From positions 64,170,001-64,234,000 of the forward strand of contig OZ076410.1 in the NCBI GenBank assembly GCA_964187785.1: DNA of 64,000 nucleotides, given 5' to 3'. The stretch is from Amphiscolops sp. MND2022. Its lineage: Eukaryota. Positions 11,557 through 20,675 of this stretch are shown here, piece after piece. Made by a program: the position numbers and the translations under genes. Under the pieces are notes generated by a model. That model was not told the origin of the DNA and did not search any database. It saw nothing but the letters and a program-made list of their open reading frames with translations. Each line of letters starts with the position of its first letter. Position 1 is the stretch's first letter.

Positions 11557-12300
11557 ATGACCAGTATATTTAGAGAAGTTCCTTCACATTTTTATTATTT
11601 GGTGTATTTCTCTAAAGAAGAGACTTCAGGTCGGGAACTTCATGATCCACCGCCCTGCAAAATAATCAAATATGCAAATGAAATACTTCAACCAAAACTA
11701 CCGGAGAGCCTCTGTCGCTTGGTGAAGAGCCTACTCAACAACACTTTTTGTGAATGCAGTATCAGATGTCACAACACGACCAACAAGAGTGAAGCGGAAG
11801 ATGAGTGTTCAAACGTTCTTGGAGAACACTATCACGTTCTGTTCTACATCAAATCATTCGTGGGCGCTGAGAAATTCATCAAAGACACCATAAGTAACAA
11901 CTTCCTGAATTCACAAAAAGGAACAAAAATCAAAGACAGTCTCGTCAAATTATTCAAAGTTTCATACCCGGAAAATTGTCTTCAAACTGAAGCACAACTT
12001 GGTGGAAACCGTTTGTTCATTCATGGGGAAAAGATGAAATCAATTTTGAAAATGAAACCAACAACTGATTTGGGATGCAGTTATGAAACGTCATGGGAGC
12101 TTCAGCGCAGCTGTTACACAGAATTCGATGAAAGTGAAGACATTGAAAAACTTTCCTTTCTTAGCAAGCGATTAGCCGAGCTCGAGAAGTCTCCAGCAGT
12201 TTTTAAAGACAGTGTTCTCGATTTTATTGAGCTTCTCATGAGAGGATTCGGGACTATCAAGGCGTCTCATCACAATAATGTTTTGTCAGTAGACTTGTAA
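11557..12300 (+). CDS. Polinton ORF of unknown function with HUH-like motif (EHYHVLF); probably extends through a stop to ~12435
   Basis: 247-aa ORF inside the TIR-bounded element; the same frame continues FFDAQCQCFECQD after TAA. Confidence 0.6.
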   Translation: MTSIFREVPSHFYYLVYFSKEETSGRELHDPPPCKIIKYANEILQPKLPESLCRLVKSLLNNTFCECSIRCHNTTNKSEAEDECSNVLGEHYHVLFYIKSFVGAEKFIKDTISNNFLNSQKGTKIKDSLVKLFKVSYPENCLQTEAQLGGNRLFIHGEKMKSILKMKPTTDLGCSYETSWELQRSCYTEFDESEDIEKLSFLSKRLAELEKSPAVFKDSVLDFIELLMRGFGTIKASHHNNVLSVDL

Positions 12301-12512
12301 TTTTTTGACGCACAATGTCAATGTTTTGAATGCCAGGACAATTCAACTAGCTTTTGTGGAGCCAGTTTGACCGCTAACGAACACAATGAATGTAATCTTT
12401 TCTCTTTCGTTGATGAGAATGCACAATTTCTTTGATTGTCTAATTCATTTATTGTGAATTTAATCTAAAAAGCAGTTGGTTTTCAAAAAAACATAAGCAA
12501 GTTGACTATCGT

Positions 12513-12929
12513 ATGATGAAATTCGTTGATATTGAACAATTGGAAAATAACTTCCAGCTTACAAACTACTTGTTCCCTGAAAACTCTCAACGTAAAAATG
12601 CATTTCTAGCTGTCTGTTGGTGTTTAAACAAAGAAGTCAACCTTCATGATATAAACGATTTGGCACCTTTCGGGGGTCTCATAGGACCCGGAGATAGTCT
12701 GATGGATAAGTGGCTGAAACACTTTAAAATATTTCGGCTACATGCAATATTTCACGATGCTTTTGGCTTCATGAGGAGTAACTTCGGCGTAGGACCAGGC
12801 TACGTATATACTCTGAGTGAAAAACTAATCTTTGCCAACAACATGTTTTTTGGTCACATTACGGGATTGGCGTTTTGGTTTTATCAAAAACTGTTACACA
12901 GGAAAAATTATAACCGTTTGAAGTTTTAA
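12513..12929 (+). CDS. Parvovirus-type phospholipase A2-like protein (adintovirus PLA2X-like)
   Basis: GLIGPGD (Ca-loop-like GPG), HAIFHDAFGF (HD dyad) and a second GPGYVY motif. Confidence 0.65.
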   Translation: MMKFVDIEQLENNFQLTNYLFPENSQRKNAFLAVCWCLNKEVNLHDINDLAPFGGLIGPGDSLMDKWLKHFKIFRLHAIFHDAFGFMRSNFGVGPGYVYTLSEKLIFANNMFFGHITGLAFWFYQKLLHRKNYNRLKF

Positions 12930-12954
12930 TCACTTTCTCTCGCAACCTCCACCA

Positions 12955-13191
12955 ATGTCAGTCGCACAAAAATCAGTCCACATTTCAGTTAACGTTCCTC
13001 TATCACCCAACACTAATATACGCGCTGTAATTTCGTCAAGAGGTCCTCAAGTTGTCATTGAACAGGTTCTGGCACTCAATAGCCCAAAAACTTCGAGCAT
13101 TCACCTAAATTTCAATGATCTTTTACAGTTGCACAAATTGATTCAAATTTTGTACAACCTACATGTGTTAAAGAACCACCCAGCGATATGA
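12955..13191 (+). CDS. Small Polinton hypothetical protein
   Basis: 78-aa ATG ORF tightly packed between co-oriented viral genes, overlapping the next ORF by 4 nt (ATGA). Confidence 0.45.
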   Translation: MSVAQKSVHISVNVPLSPNTNIRAVISSRGPQVVIEQVLALNSPKTSSIHLNFNDLLQLHKLIQILYNLHVLKNHPAI

Positions 13192-13526
13192 ACGACAATG
13201 CTAGCAAAACATCGGAAATATCCGACGAATCAACTATAGTGGCCTGTGTTGGGGACTGTGTTGATCATGTCAACATCAACAACTTGATATTAGATCACAA
13301 TAATGAAGAAAGGCCGCCTTTCAAACTAAATTGTGGATGTTGCACTGATGAAATTAACTGCAGCAGATTTTCTCTTGTGATTTCAACTACATATTTTCTA
13401 TTATTCATGGTGATCATTTGCTCATTTCTTTATCTAGTATTGGCCGAGAACAGTTTGCATAAAACTGGAATAATAGCTGTTCTATCTACCTGCATTGGGT
13501 ATTTGATTCCGAAGTCTGACAAATGA
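13188..13526 (+). CDS. Small membrane protein with two C-terminal hydrophobic helices
   Basis: FSLVISTTYFLLFMVIICSFLYLVLA and TGIIAVLSTCIGYLIP; ATGA overlaps on both sides. Confidence 0.6.
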   Translation: MNDNASKTSEISDESTIVACVGDCVDHVNINNLILDHNNEERPPFKLNCGCCTDEINCSRFSLVISTTYFLLFMVIICSFLYLVLAENSLHKTGIIAVLSTCIGYLIPKSDK

Positions 13527-14224
13527 ACAAGCGTATTCGAACGGCTCCTCACTGCTTTCTGTCAGTTGTCGGACCATGTGGAAGTGGGAAAACTCAGTTA
13601 GTCTCAAGTATGCTAGTGAACCAATATAAAGTTTTCAGACCTTCTTGTGACAAAATTCTCTACCTGTACAATCATTTCCAACCGAACTTCGAAGAACTGC
13701 AATTGAAATGTGTTCAATCTAAAGTACAAATCGAATTCCATCAGGGCCTCGACTGGAATGCAGTCGAAAAGTGTGAAGCGCAGAGCTTGCGAACTCTTTT
13801 GGTGATTGATGACCTCTACCAACAAGCATGCAAAAACGAATATTTTTTGAATTTGGTAATTGCAGGGAGACATCGAAATATCCATTTGATTACTCTGAAG
13901 CACAATCTCTTTCAATAATCGAAGCACTCGAAAACAATAGAGCTAAACGTCACCCAAATTATTCTTTTCAAGAGCCCGCGAGATTTGGAGCAAATAGCTG
14001 TTCTGGGACGTCAAATGGGGGACAGACATTTGTTACTGGGCGCCTATAAAAGAGCAACTCGTGAAGCGTTTGGTCATTTGTTGATTGACTTCGATCCTCA
14101 TACAGACCCTAAACTTAAATACGCTTCCAAATGCTCGAGCAAAGAGCCTTCGATCTTTTATATAACTTCGAATCACACTTCGCAACAGTTGAACAATGAG
14201 TCAACAAGAGCTTTATATGTATGA
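13523..14224 (+). pseudogene. A32/FtsK-like genome packaging ATPase with one in-frame nonsense codon (13916-13918)
   Basis: Walker A VVGPCGSGKT, Walker B LLVIDD, GRHRNI motif. After TAA the same frame continues SKHSKTIELNVTQIILFKSPRD into ORF 13985..14224. Confidence 0.92.
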
Positions 14225-14528
14225 TTTTTTCAGCGAAATGAAGCCAATTGTAAAACGACTGTATATTTCACATTGTTCTATTGACAAAATTAATTTTTTT
14301 TGCGATTGCATTTTCAATATTCTCAGTGGTAATATCCAGATGATTGCACCAGCTTCGAGGAAACAGTTATATCCGCATAGGAAACTAATTGATCTTCTCA
14401 ACAACAAAAAAGTTGGAATACGGCGAAAACGGCATTCTCTCTCAACTACCAATGGTCTCCGGCTGTTGAGAATAATACAACCATCCGTTTCTAATCATTT
14501 GAAAAAGCGACATGGTATTAAACAGTAG
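14196..14528 (+). CDS. Conserved small Polinton/adintovirus protein
   Basis: Pattern CDCIFNILSGNI...L..HRK...L...K...KR..L resembles a basic ORF commonly found after the ATPase in Polintons (recalled pattern, not searched). Confidence 0.55.
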   Translation: MSQQELYMYDFFSEMKPIVKRLYISHCSIDKINFFCDCIFNILSGNIQMIAPASRKQLYPHRKLIDLLNNKKVGIRRKRHSLSTTNGLRLLRIIQPSVSNHLKKRHGIKQ

Positions 14529-15180
14529 GGCAAAAGACTTCGTTCTAATCACAGCTGAAGAGTATTCAGCGTTATCGTCACTTCGCAAATCAGAAAGCGC
14601 GGAGCGGGCAGCAACTGACTTGAAGGAAAACGAAAATACATCAATATCAGAGCTCGCAAACAAGGGAAAAGTTAGCTTGCAGTTTCCCTCAGCATCAGAA
14701 TGTGCACAATGGAATTTGCATTCCCGATACAAAAAAAGACCGCAACCCGCAACAACCCTATCTGATTTCAAAAAGACAGAGGCAGCATCACAGTCGTCCA
14801 AATCTGAGACGTCATTATTGAATTTTCATCTGTAGGACTCAGTGGTGGAAAAGTTGAACGCTCTCGACAAATACTTCGCAAGATTAACGATACTGAGAAC
14901 GTTTCAATTGATAAAAGTTCGGGAAGAATTGTGTTACACGACCGCGACACAGGGGTGTCTGTTTTTGATTTCCTTTACTATCTGCAGACAACAACGAAAA
15001 ATTTAAACGAGCCTACGCTTGACTTAGTTCGCCGCTTGCAATTGCCAGAGTACTTTTAGCGAACACGAATGCTAAAAAAGCAGCTGCTGAAATCAAAAGA
15101 ACAATTTTAAACGAAGACGATTCGCAAGACCAATCTGAATTGTTCAGCAATCAAGACAAGTGGCTGCGTCTTTACTAAAG
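14512..15180 (+). pseudogene. Polinton hypothetical protein, broken
   Basis: ORF 14512..14835 followed by coding-like fragments (GLSGGKVERSRQILRKI...VSVFDFLYYLQ) with frameshifts. Confidence 0.45.
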
Positions 15181-15191
15181 CGTCCATCCTT

Positions 15192-16423
15192 ATGGAACAA
15201 TGCAAGAGAAGAACACAAACAAGGAGAACCAAAAAACAAGAATATTTTTGCGGCAGCTGTGCGCATTCGTTGGGGAAAGGAACACGTCAAAAGCCATCAA
15301 TCTGGTGCAACGTTTGTGGCTGGGTTCACTTCAAATGCAGCGGTCTGAGCAGTGCAGCCGACTATCCGAAATCTTCAGGGATTTTTATGTGTTCGAAATG
15401 TTCAAAAACTAGACGACTGGTACCAGCGAATGCGGATTCAATTGCTTACAGCAAGTTACACACTCTAGACACTTCATGTCAGAGTCCGGCATCGTTTGGA
15501 AGCCGTGCGTCTCTCAAAAAGTACTCAAACTGCAGTTATGAACAAGTAGACAATTACCTTCATAAGAATGAGACTTACTCAAAGTTCAAACAAAGTAAGA
15601 AAAAATTTCTTCGTCTCAAGGTTCAAACGTTCAGACTCAATGAGATTTGGTCGGTCGACTTGGCTGATATGCAGCAGCTTGCTCGACCAAACAATGGCGT
15701 CAATTTTCTTTTCGTCGCGGTGGATACACTCAGTCGATTTCTTTGGGTCCGACCGATAAAACGAAAAACTGCCGATTCATGTAGGAATGCATTGAAGGAG
15801 ATAATTTCTGACATCAGAAACGAATCACACAATATGCAGCCACTTTTTTGTCGTGCTACCAGAGGTACCACTGCAGTGCCCGGGAAGCCGGAAAAATTTG
15901 GGTGGACAAGGGCCGAGAATTTGCTGGAGAATTTGCATCATTCTGCCAGAACGCAGCCATTGATTTGTACTCAACAAATAGTCAAACAAAGTCAGCATTT
16001 GCTGAGCGAAATATTCGCTCGCTAAAATCTATCATTTTCAAGTATCTCCATGAAAACAGCACTGACGTCTACATAGACAAGTTGCAGAGTTTTGTTAACG
16101 TGATAAATTCTCGAGTTAACCGAATTACTAAAATGGCCCCCAAGCAAGTGCAAAAGTCAGACGAAGCATTTCTTGTTTCCCTGCAAAATTCCAATGCCGT
16201 GCAAAAACCAAGATTTAAAATTGGACAGCACGTTCGAATCAGGAGAAAACTTGACCTGTTTCATCGTGGCTACCGCATCCAATTCACCGAAGAAATCTTT
16301 GAAATTGTGGCGGTCAAAACATTGAATCCTCCCACGTACTTGCTCAAAGACGCTAATGAGCAGTTGATTGAAGGCAAATTTTATGAGAGCGAGCTTGTTC
16401 GTTTTGAAGCCGAAAACGTTTGA
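15192..16423 (+). pseudogene. Retroviral-type (RVE) integrase with N-terminal PHD finger; 1-bp frameshift near 15893
   Basis: PHD C4HC3: CGSC...WCNVCGWVHFKC...FMCSKC. Catalytic D-D-E: WSVDLADM, IWVDKGREF, AFAERNIRSLK. C-terminal KPRFKIGQHVRI...FTEEIFEI. Confidence 0.93.
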
Positions 16424-17393
16424 CCGGACAAAATCAAATTCAAAACAGCACCGGCAGAATGCAGTCGTCGTCTCGGAATACCTTTACCATTAATTTAGTT
16501 TCCAACGCATCGATGACAACTTTCCCAGAAAATTCTCTGGCACACTTCACTAAATTACTCCCTGAAGAAATGCAACTACAAGGGACATGGGAGGTTGCCG
16601 TTGTGGAGATTTCGTGGTCCAATTTGATCAAAAACGTGACGGAGGGCAAATTTACCGTTCAAAAAGTCGAGACACTTACCACTGAAGCGACCTCGAGAAA
16701 ACGACATCCACATAGAGGTTACACACCAGGACTTGTGACGATGTCTGATCCTCGCAAACGTACGCACTCGATTCTGCAAGAAAACAAGTTCGAAAAGGAA
16801 AAACCACATTCTATACCATGTGGGTGCTATCCAACGATTGATTGCTTGCTGGACACGATCTTTCGCAAATTTTTTAGCAAAGCTGACCACGCAACTTTAC
16901 CCGTGGAATGGAACATTTGTCCAATTTCTCAAATTTTGAATGTGAATTTCACAGGTTCCTCGGAGGATGCATTCAAAGTAAGACTTGTGTCAAAAGATTT
17001 GCAAAACATTTTGGGGTCGCAAAGTCTCATTGATTGTGGAGGGCAGGAGAAAGCCAACAATCATCATGATGTTGACGAAAATGGGAAAATTGGTGAGAAG
17101 AAGTCCAGAATGGATTTTAGTAAAGAGCAAAGTCACGACGCCCGAATGGAAAAGTATCCGGTTGACTTGACGGCTGGATGCCATACAATGTTTCTCTACT
17201 GTGATTTGGTCCACAATGAAATCATATGGCCATACCTCTTTCAACTACAACCACAAGCAACAATCGGCGAACATTTTCCAAGCTTCAATGGCGACGCCTC
17301 ATCATTTGTTCCATTCAATCAATCACCATATTGATTCCATTCCTCAGTCGCGGACGCACAAATGTGACTTTACAATTCAAACGATGCAGCTAA
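16420..17393 (+). pseudogene. Minor capsid protein (penton) with an internal deletion/frameshift near 17225
   Basis: FTINLVSNASMTTFPENSLAHF..LP....L.GTWEVAVVEI and MFLYCDLV. The C-terminus AIPL...FSKLQWRRL..SIQSITI..PFLSRGRTNVTLQFKR is in a shifted frame ending at TAA 17391-17393. Confidence 0.85.
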
Positions 17394-17465
17394 AGTTTGC
17401 TTCCTCTTTGTGTTGCTCCATTCTCATTCAGAAATCATTTGTAGACTACAGATACACGGGAACGG

Positions 17466-18014
17466 TTGCTTCAAATTCAACAAAAGTTACAAAACCCAAT
17501 GGATCAGCATTATGATAGCCAGATTCTTTCAAAAGTGTCTTCAAGCGCAACTACATTCCGAGGACCCGCACGCCAATACGGCTCGGGGGGACTAGGAGCC
17601 TTTGCAATGAGGATGGGCCGCGTCGCTGTGCCATTAGTGAAAAAGTATTTTGTGCCTGTGGCAAAAGAATTTGGCCGAAATCTAGTATCGGCATTCGTAC
17701 CCGAAATTCCCAAAATGGTTGCAGGAAAAAAGCCGCCCCGGAAAGCGTTGAAAGAATCATTGAAAAAGTCAGTCGAAAAAACTGTCAAAACATCTGCTGT
17801 TCGATCCACCCCACCCACTTCACGCGCGGACGACGGCGGCGGCGGCGGATCGAGGCGCGCGACCGGGAGGGCAGGCGGCCGCGGGGGCAGCACAAATCCG
17901 GTGCAGTCGAGTAGAAAAAGAAAGAAAAGCAACAATATTGCCATTTTGAACAAAAACGTTGCCAAGAGAAGTCGCTCCGACATTTTGTCTAGTGTTGCAT
18001 TCACTGAAGCCTAG
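17466..18014 (+). CDS. Basic core/membrane-lytic-type virion protein (Polinton conserved, likely start at MDQHY)
   Basis: FRGPARQYGSGGLGAFAMRMGRVAVPLVKK motif and a K/R/G-rich C-terminus, located between penton and hexon. Confidence 0.65.
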   Translation: MLQIQQKLQNPMDQHYDSQILSKVSSSATTFRGPARQYGSGGLGAFAMRMGRVAVPLVKKYFVPVAKEFGRNLVSAFVPEIPKMVAGKKPPRKALKESLKKSVEKTVKTSAVRSTPPTSRADDGGGGGSRRATGRAGGRGGSTNPVQSSRKRKKSNNIAILNKNVAKRSRSDILSSVAFTEA

Positions 18015-18022
18015 AAATTATC

Positions 18023-19390
18023 ATGTCATCCACATCATCACAAGCGTCCGCGCCAATAACGCTTAGTGGAGCATGTTCTGAAATTGCCAATCCTGTAACG
18101 TACAGTGCATTGGACTTTTTTGAGAAACCGTCAGTGCTCATCAATTACGAAGGTTCGTTTGATCAAGAAGTATTCCCACACGTTGGCTGTCGCGGGCCCC
18201 AGTTGGATTTTTTCGTGACTGCCGATAGCAAAAATTGCATCGACTTGAACAGAATATGTCTCTCACTTGAAGTGACCCTTTACAAACCAAACGGAGCAGA
18301 TCGCCTCAATGGTTCAGAAAACATCATCTTTGCCAACAATACTCTTCACTCCTTATTTTCTCACGTTGAGTTGTTTCTAAATGAAAAATTGATTTCGAGC
18401 AGCAACAACAACTATCATCACTCGGCTTTTGTGGAAACTGAATTATCAACCGACACTACTAGCAAAGCCACATGGGCGCGATGTCAGGGCTACCAATACC
18501 GCGGAGACAAGAACATGAATGATGAAATTAAAGCTAAGATTGTAGCCAAAAACACCAGCGAGGGAAAATGTTCCGTACAATTGTATGGAGCGCCTCATAT
18601 TGACTTTCTTGAATGTGAGCGTCTACTTTTGCCCGTCGTAACGCTTCATTTGCGCTTCTACCGATCATCTAACCTTTGCGCAATGGAAACCCTCACAGCT
18701 CTGAATGCAGCGGATGTGAAAGATTTGGAACAAAATGCCTCAACTGTGACCATAGAGAAAGCTTCATTGTTTGTCAATAAAATTGTCTTGTCTGATGCCG
18801 TGAAGGTCAGCATTGAGCGAGCATTATCCAAAAGCCGAGCGGTCTATCCGTATATTGAAAATTTGACAAAAAGTTTCATTGTTCAAGCTGGTCAAAACTG
18901 CTTTGTCAAGGAAAACATTTTCGGCACAGAACCTATTCGTAGACTGACTCTGTGTATGGTTCGGAATCGCTTCTTTAGAAGAACTACTTTAGCTTCCACG
19001 CCATTCCGTTACGAAAAGTTCAGCTTGCAAAAAGTAGAACTGCAGCGTGGGAATGGCTTGCCCATAGCGGTCACGCCGCTAGACACTACCAACAATTCAA
19101 GACTGTATTACAATGTGATAACAGCTCTAGGGTTTGAGCGGAGCGGTAACGGAATCACGTTGGATGAATACGAAGACAATCACTTCTTTCTCGTGTTCGA
19201 CCTAACTTCCACAAGAGAGGCAAGTAAAAGCTTGACCTTGTTTCCGGAGCTGACTGGGGCTGGATTGACAATGAAACTGACCTTTGCAACAGCCCTCCCA
19301 GAAGCAGTAGAATTATTTCTCATTGGCGAACGCTACAGTCAGGTTACTATCGACGCGAGCAGAAACATTTTGAAAAACTCTGGGTATTGA
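18023..19390 (+). CDS. Major capsid protein (hexon, double jelly-roll), intact
   Basis: 455 aa; GPQLDFFV...IDLNRICL, FANNTLHSLFSHVELFLNEKLIS...Y, FFLVFDLT motifs typical of Polinton MCP. Confidence 0.93.
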   Translation: MSSTSSQASAPITLSGACSEIANPVTYSALDFFEKPSVLINYEGSFDQEVFPHVGCRGPQLDFFVTADSKNCIDLNRICLSLEVTLYKPNGADRLNGSENIIFANNTLHSLFSHVELFLNEKLISSSNNNYHHSAFVETELSTDTTSKATWARCQGYQYRGDKNMNDEIKAKIVAKNTSEGKCSVQLYGAPHIDFLECERLLLPVVTLHLRFYRSSNLCAMETLTALNAADVKDLEQNASTVTIEKASLFVNKIVLSDAVKVSIERALSKSRAVYPYIENLTKSFIVQAGQNCFVKENIFGTEPIRRLTLCMVRNRFFRRTTLASTPFRYEKFSLQKVELQRGNGLPIAVTPLDTTNNSRLYYNVITALGFERSGNGITLDEYEDNHFFLVFDLTSTREASKSLTLFPELTGAGLTMKLTFATALPEAVELFLIGERYSQVTIDASRNILKNSGY

Positions 19391-19393
19391 CCA

Positions 19394-20029
19394 ATGGACA
19401 ATGAAACGTTGATTCAACTCACACAAGGTTGCTGCCCTTTGCTATTCAACAAAAACTTGGGCGTCGCTTCCGCCGACAACTTTCTCGTTGAGAAAGATCT
19501 CGAAAAAAGCTTTCAACAATCAGGAGCTATTAATTTTTTCTATCAAATTGTGAATACTTCGAAGTCGGACCAAATTGGCCAACATTGGTTACTAGTTTGC
19601 CTCGTTGCTGTTGGAAAGGAATTTGGCCATCGCAAAACAAGAAAAGCTCCGGCGCGAAGGCTTTGTTTGAAAACATGGATGAAATACTTTGTCAATATTT
19701 GGGTTTGGGACCCATTGGGAATAGAGCTGTCGCGCCACATTTGGATTCACAAACGCTTGAGCCAGCTCTCAAAAAAAGTTGCCAATGTCGACGTTATCTT
19801 TTTTCCTCTGCAGAATCCTAGTTCAAACCTGTGTGGATTATATTGCGTTCTAATGGCCCACAATTTTTGTCAAATCCTCGATAGCACTTCACTTTGGAGC
19901 TTGTCACATGAAACGTTGATGAAGCAAATTCTCCCCAAAATTAGTACTATGAAAATGTTTTCGGAAATTGATTTAGTTAGATACTTCAATTCACATTGTA
20001 AAAGAAATTTCAAATACACTTTATACTAG
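19394..20029 (+). CDS. Adenain-like cysteine maturation protease, intact
   Basis: NTSKSDQIGQHWL (His), WDPLG (Asp), QNPSSNLCGLYC (Gln, Cys). Confidence 0.9.
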   Translation: MDNETLIQLTQGCCPLLFNKNLGVASADNFLVEKDLEKSFQQSGAINFFYQIVNTSKSDQIGQHWLLVCLVAVGKEFGHRKTRKAPARRLCLKTWMKYFVNIWVWDPLGIELSRHIWIHKRLSQLSKKVANVDVIFFPLQNPSSNLCGLYCVLMAHNFCQILDSTSLWSLSHETLMKQILPKISTMKMFSEIDLVRYFNSHCKRNFKYTLY

Positions 20030-20106
20030 AAAATTGTAGCCATATTGTTATTATTACTCTGATAATATACGAAATAACCCCAACACCAAGTTTTTTGTAC
20101 AATTCT

Positions 20107-20639
20107 TTAAACATCATTCGTGTTGTCGCTGTCACTATAAGACACTAAGCGTTTCGATCGAGCGCGTTTGCTCTTGACAGTTACAATATTCTCATTGTCT
20201 TCACTATCACTACCACTGGCTTCGATGGCCTCGTAGTCAATAAAGGGACAAGCTGATGGTTTGGCATCACATTTCTTTTGTGCTGCCAACATTTCGTCAT
20301 AGTCATCCCAGTCCAAAGACGATAATTGCTCCCTTTGCGGCGACTGATGAAAACCAGGATCCGGTGGACCTAAAGAACAAAATTTTCCTTGTTGCCACAT
20401 TTTTTCGTTTGAAAATAAAATCGACAAGTGAAAATTTTACTGAAAGAATCAGCTGATTCCAAGAGAGAGTGTAGAACAGGATATACAGCAGCGACAGGTT
20501 CATTGTCATCGTCAGATTCGGTAGACAAGTTGGAGGAAGATTCATTTGAAGACAACCGAGACGAGACACTTTGCTCACTATCAGATTCATAAACCGACCA
20601 TCGAGATGGCCCTGTAACAAATATGAACAGCTTAAACAA
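20107..20639 (-). CDS. Acidic low-complexity ORF(s) with NLS-like KSKRARSKR, probably one frameshifted gene
   Basis: Overlapping ORFs 20370..20639 and 20107..20427, both D/E/S-rich, directly downstream of pPolB. Confidence 0.4.
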
Positions 20640-20675
20640 GAAACATTTTAAAAGTAGGAGGCGATCTGAAAAGAA

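Noticed and set aside
18023-20029. Intact hexon and protease as evidence of domestication while pPolB, integrase, ATPase and penton are broken
   Set aside because: At roughly one lesion per kb elsewhere in the element, 1.4-kb and 0.6-kb ORFs can escape by chance; dN/dS data would be needed.
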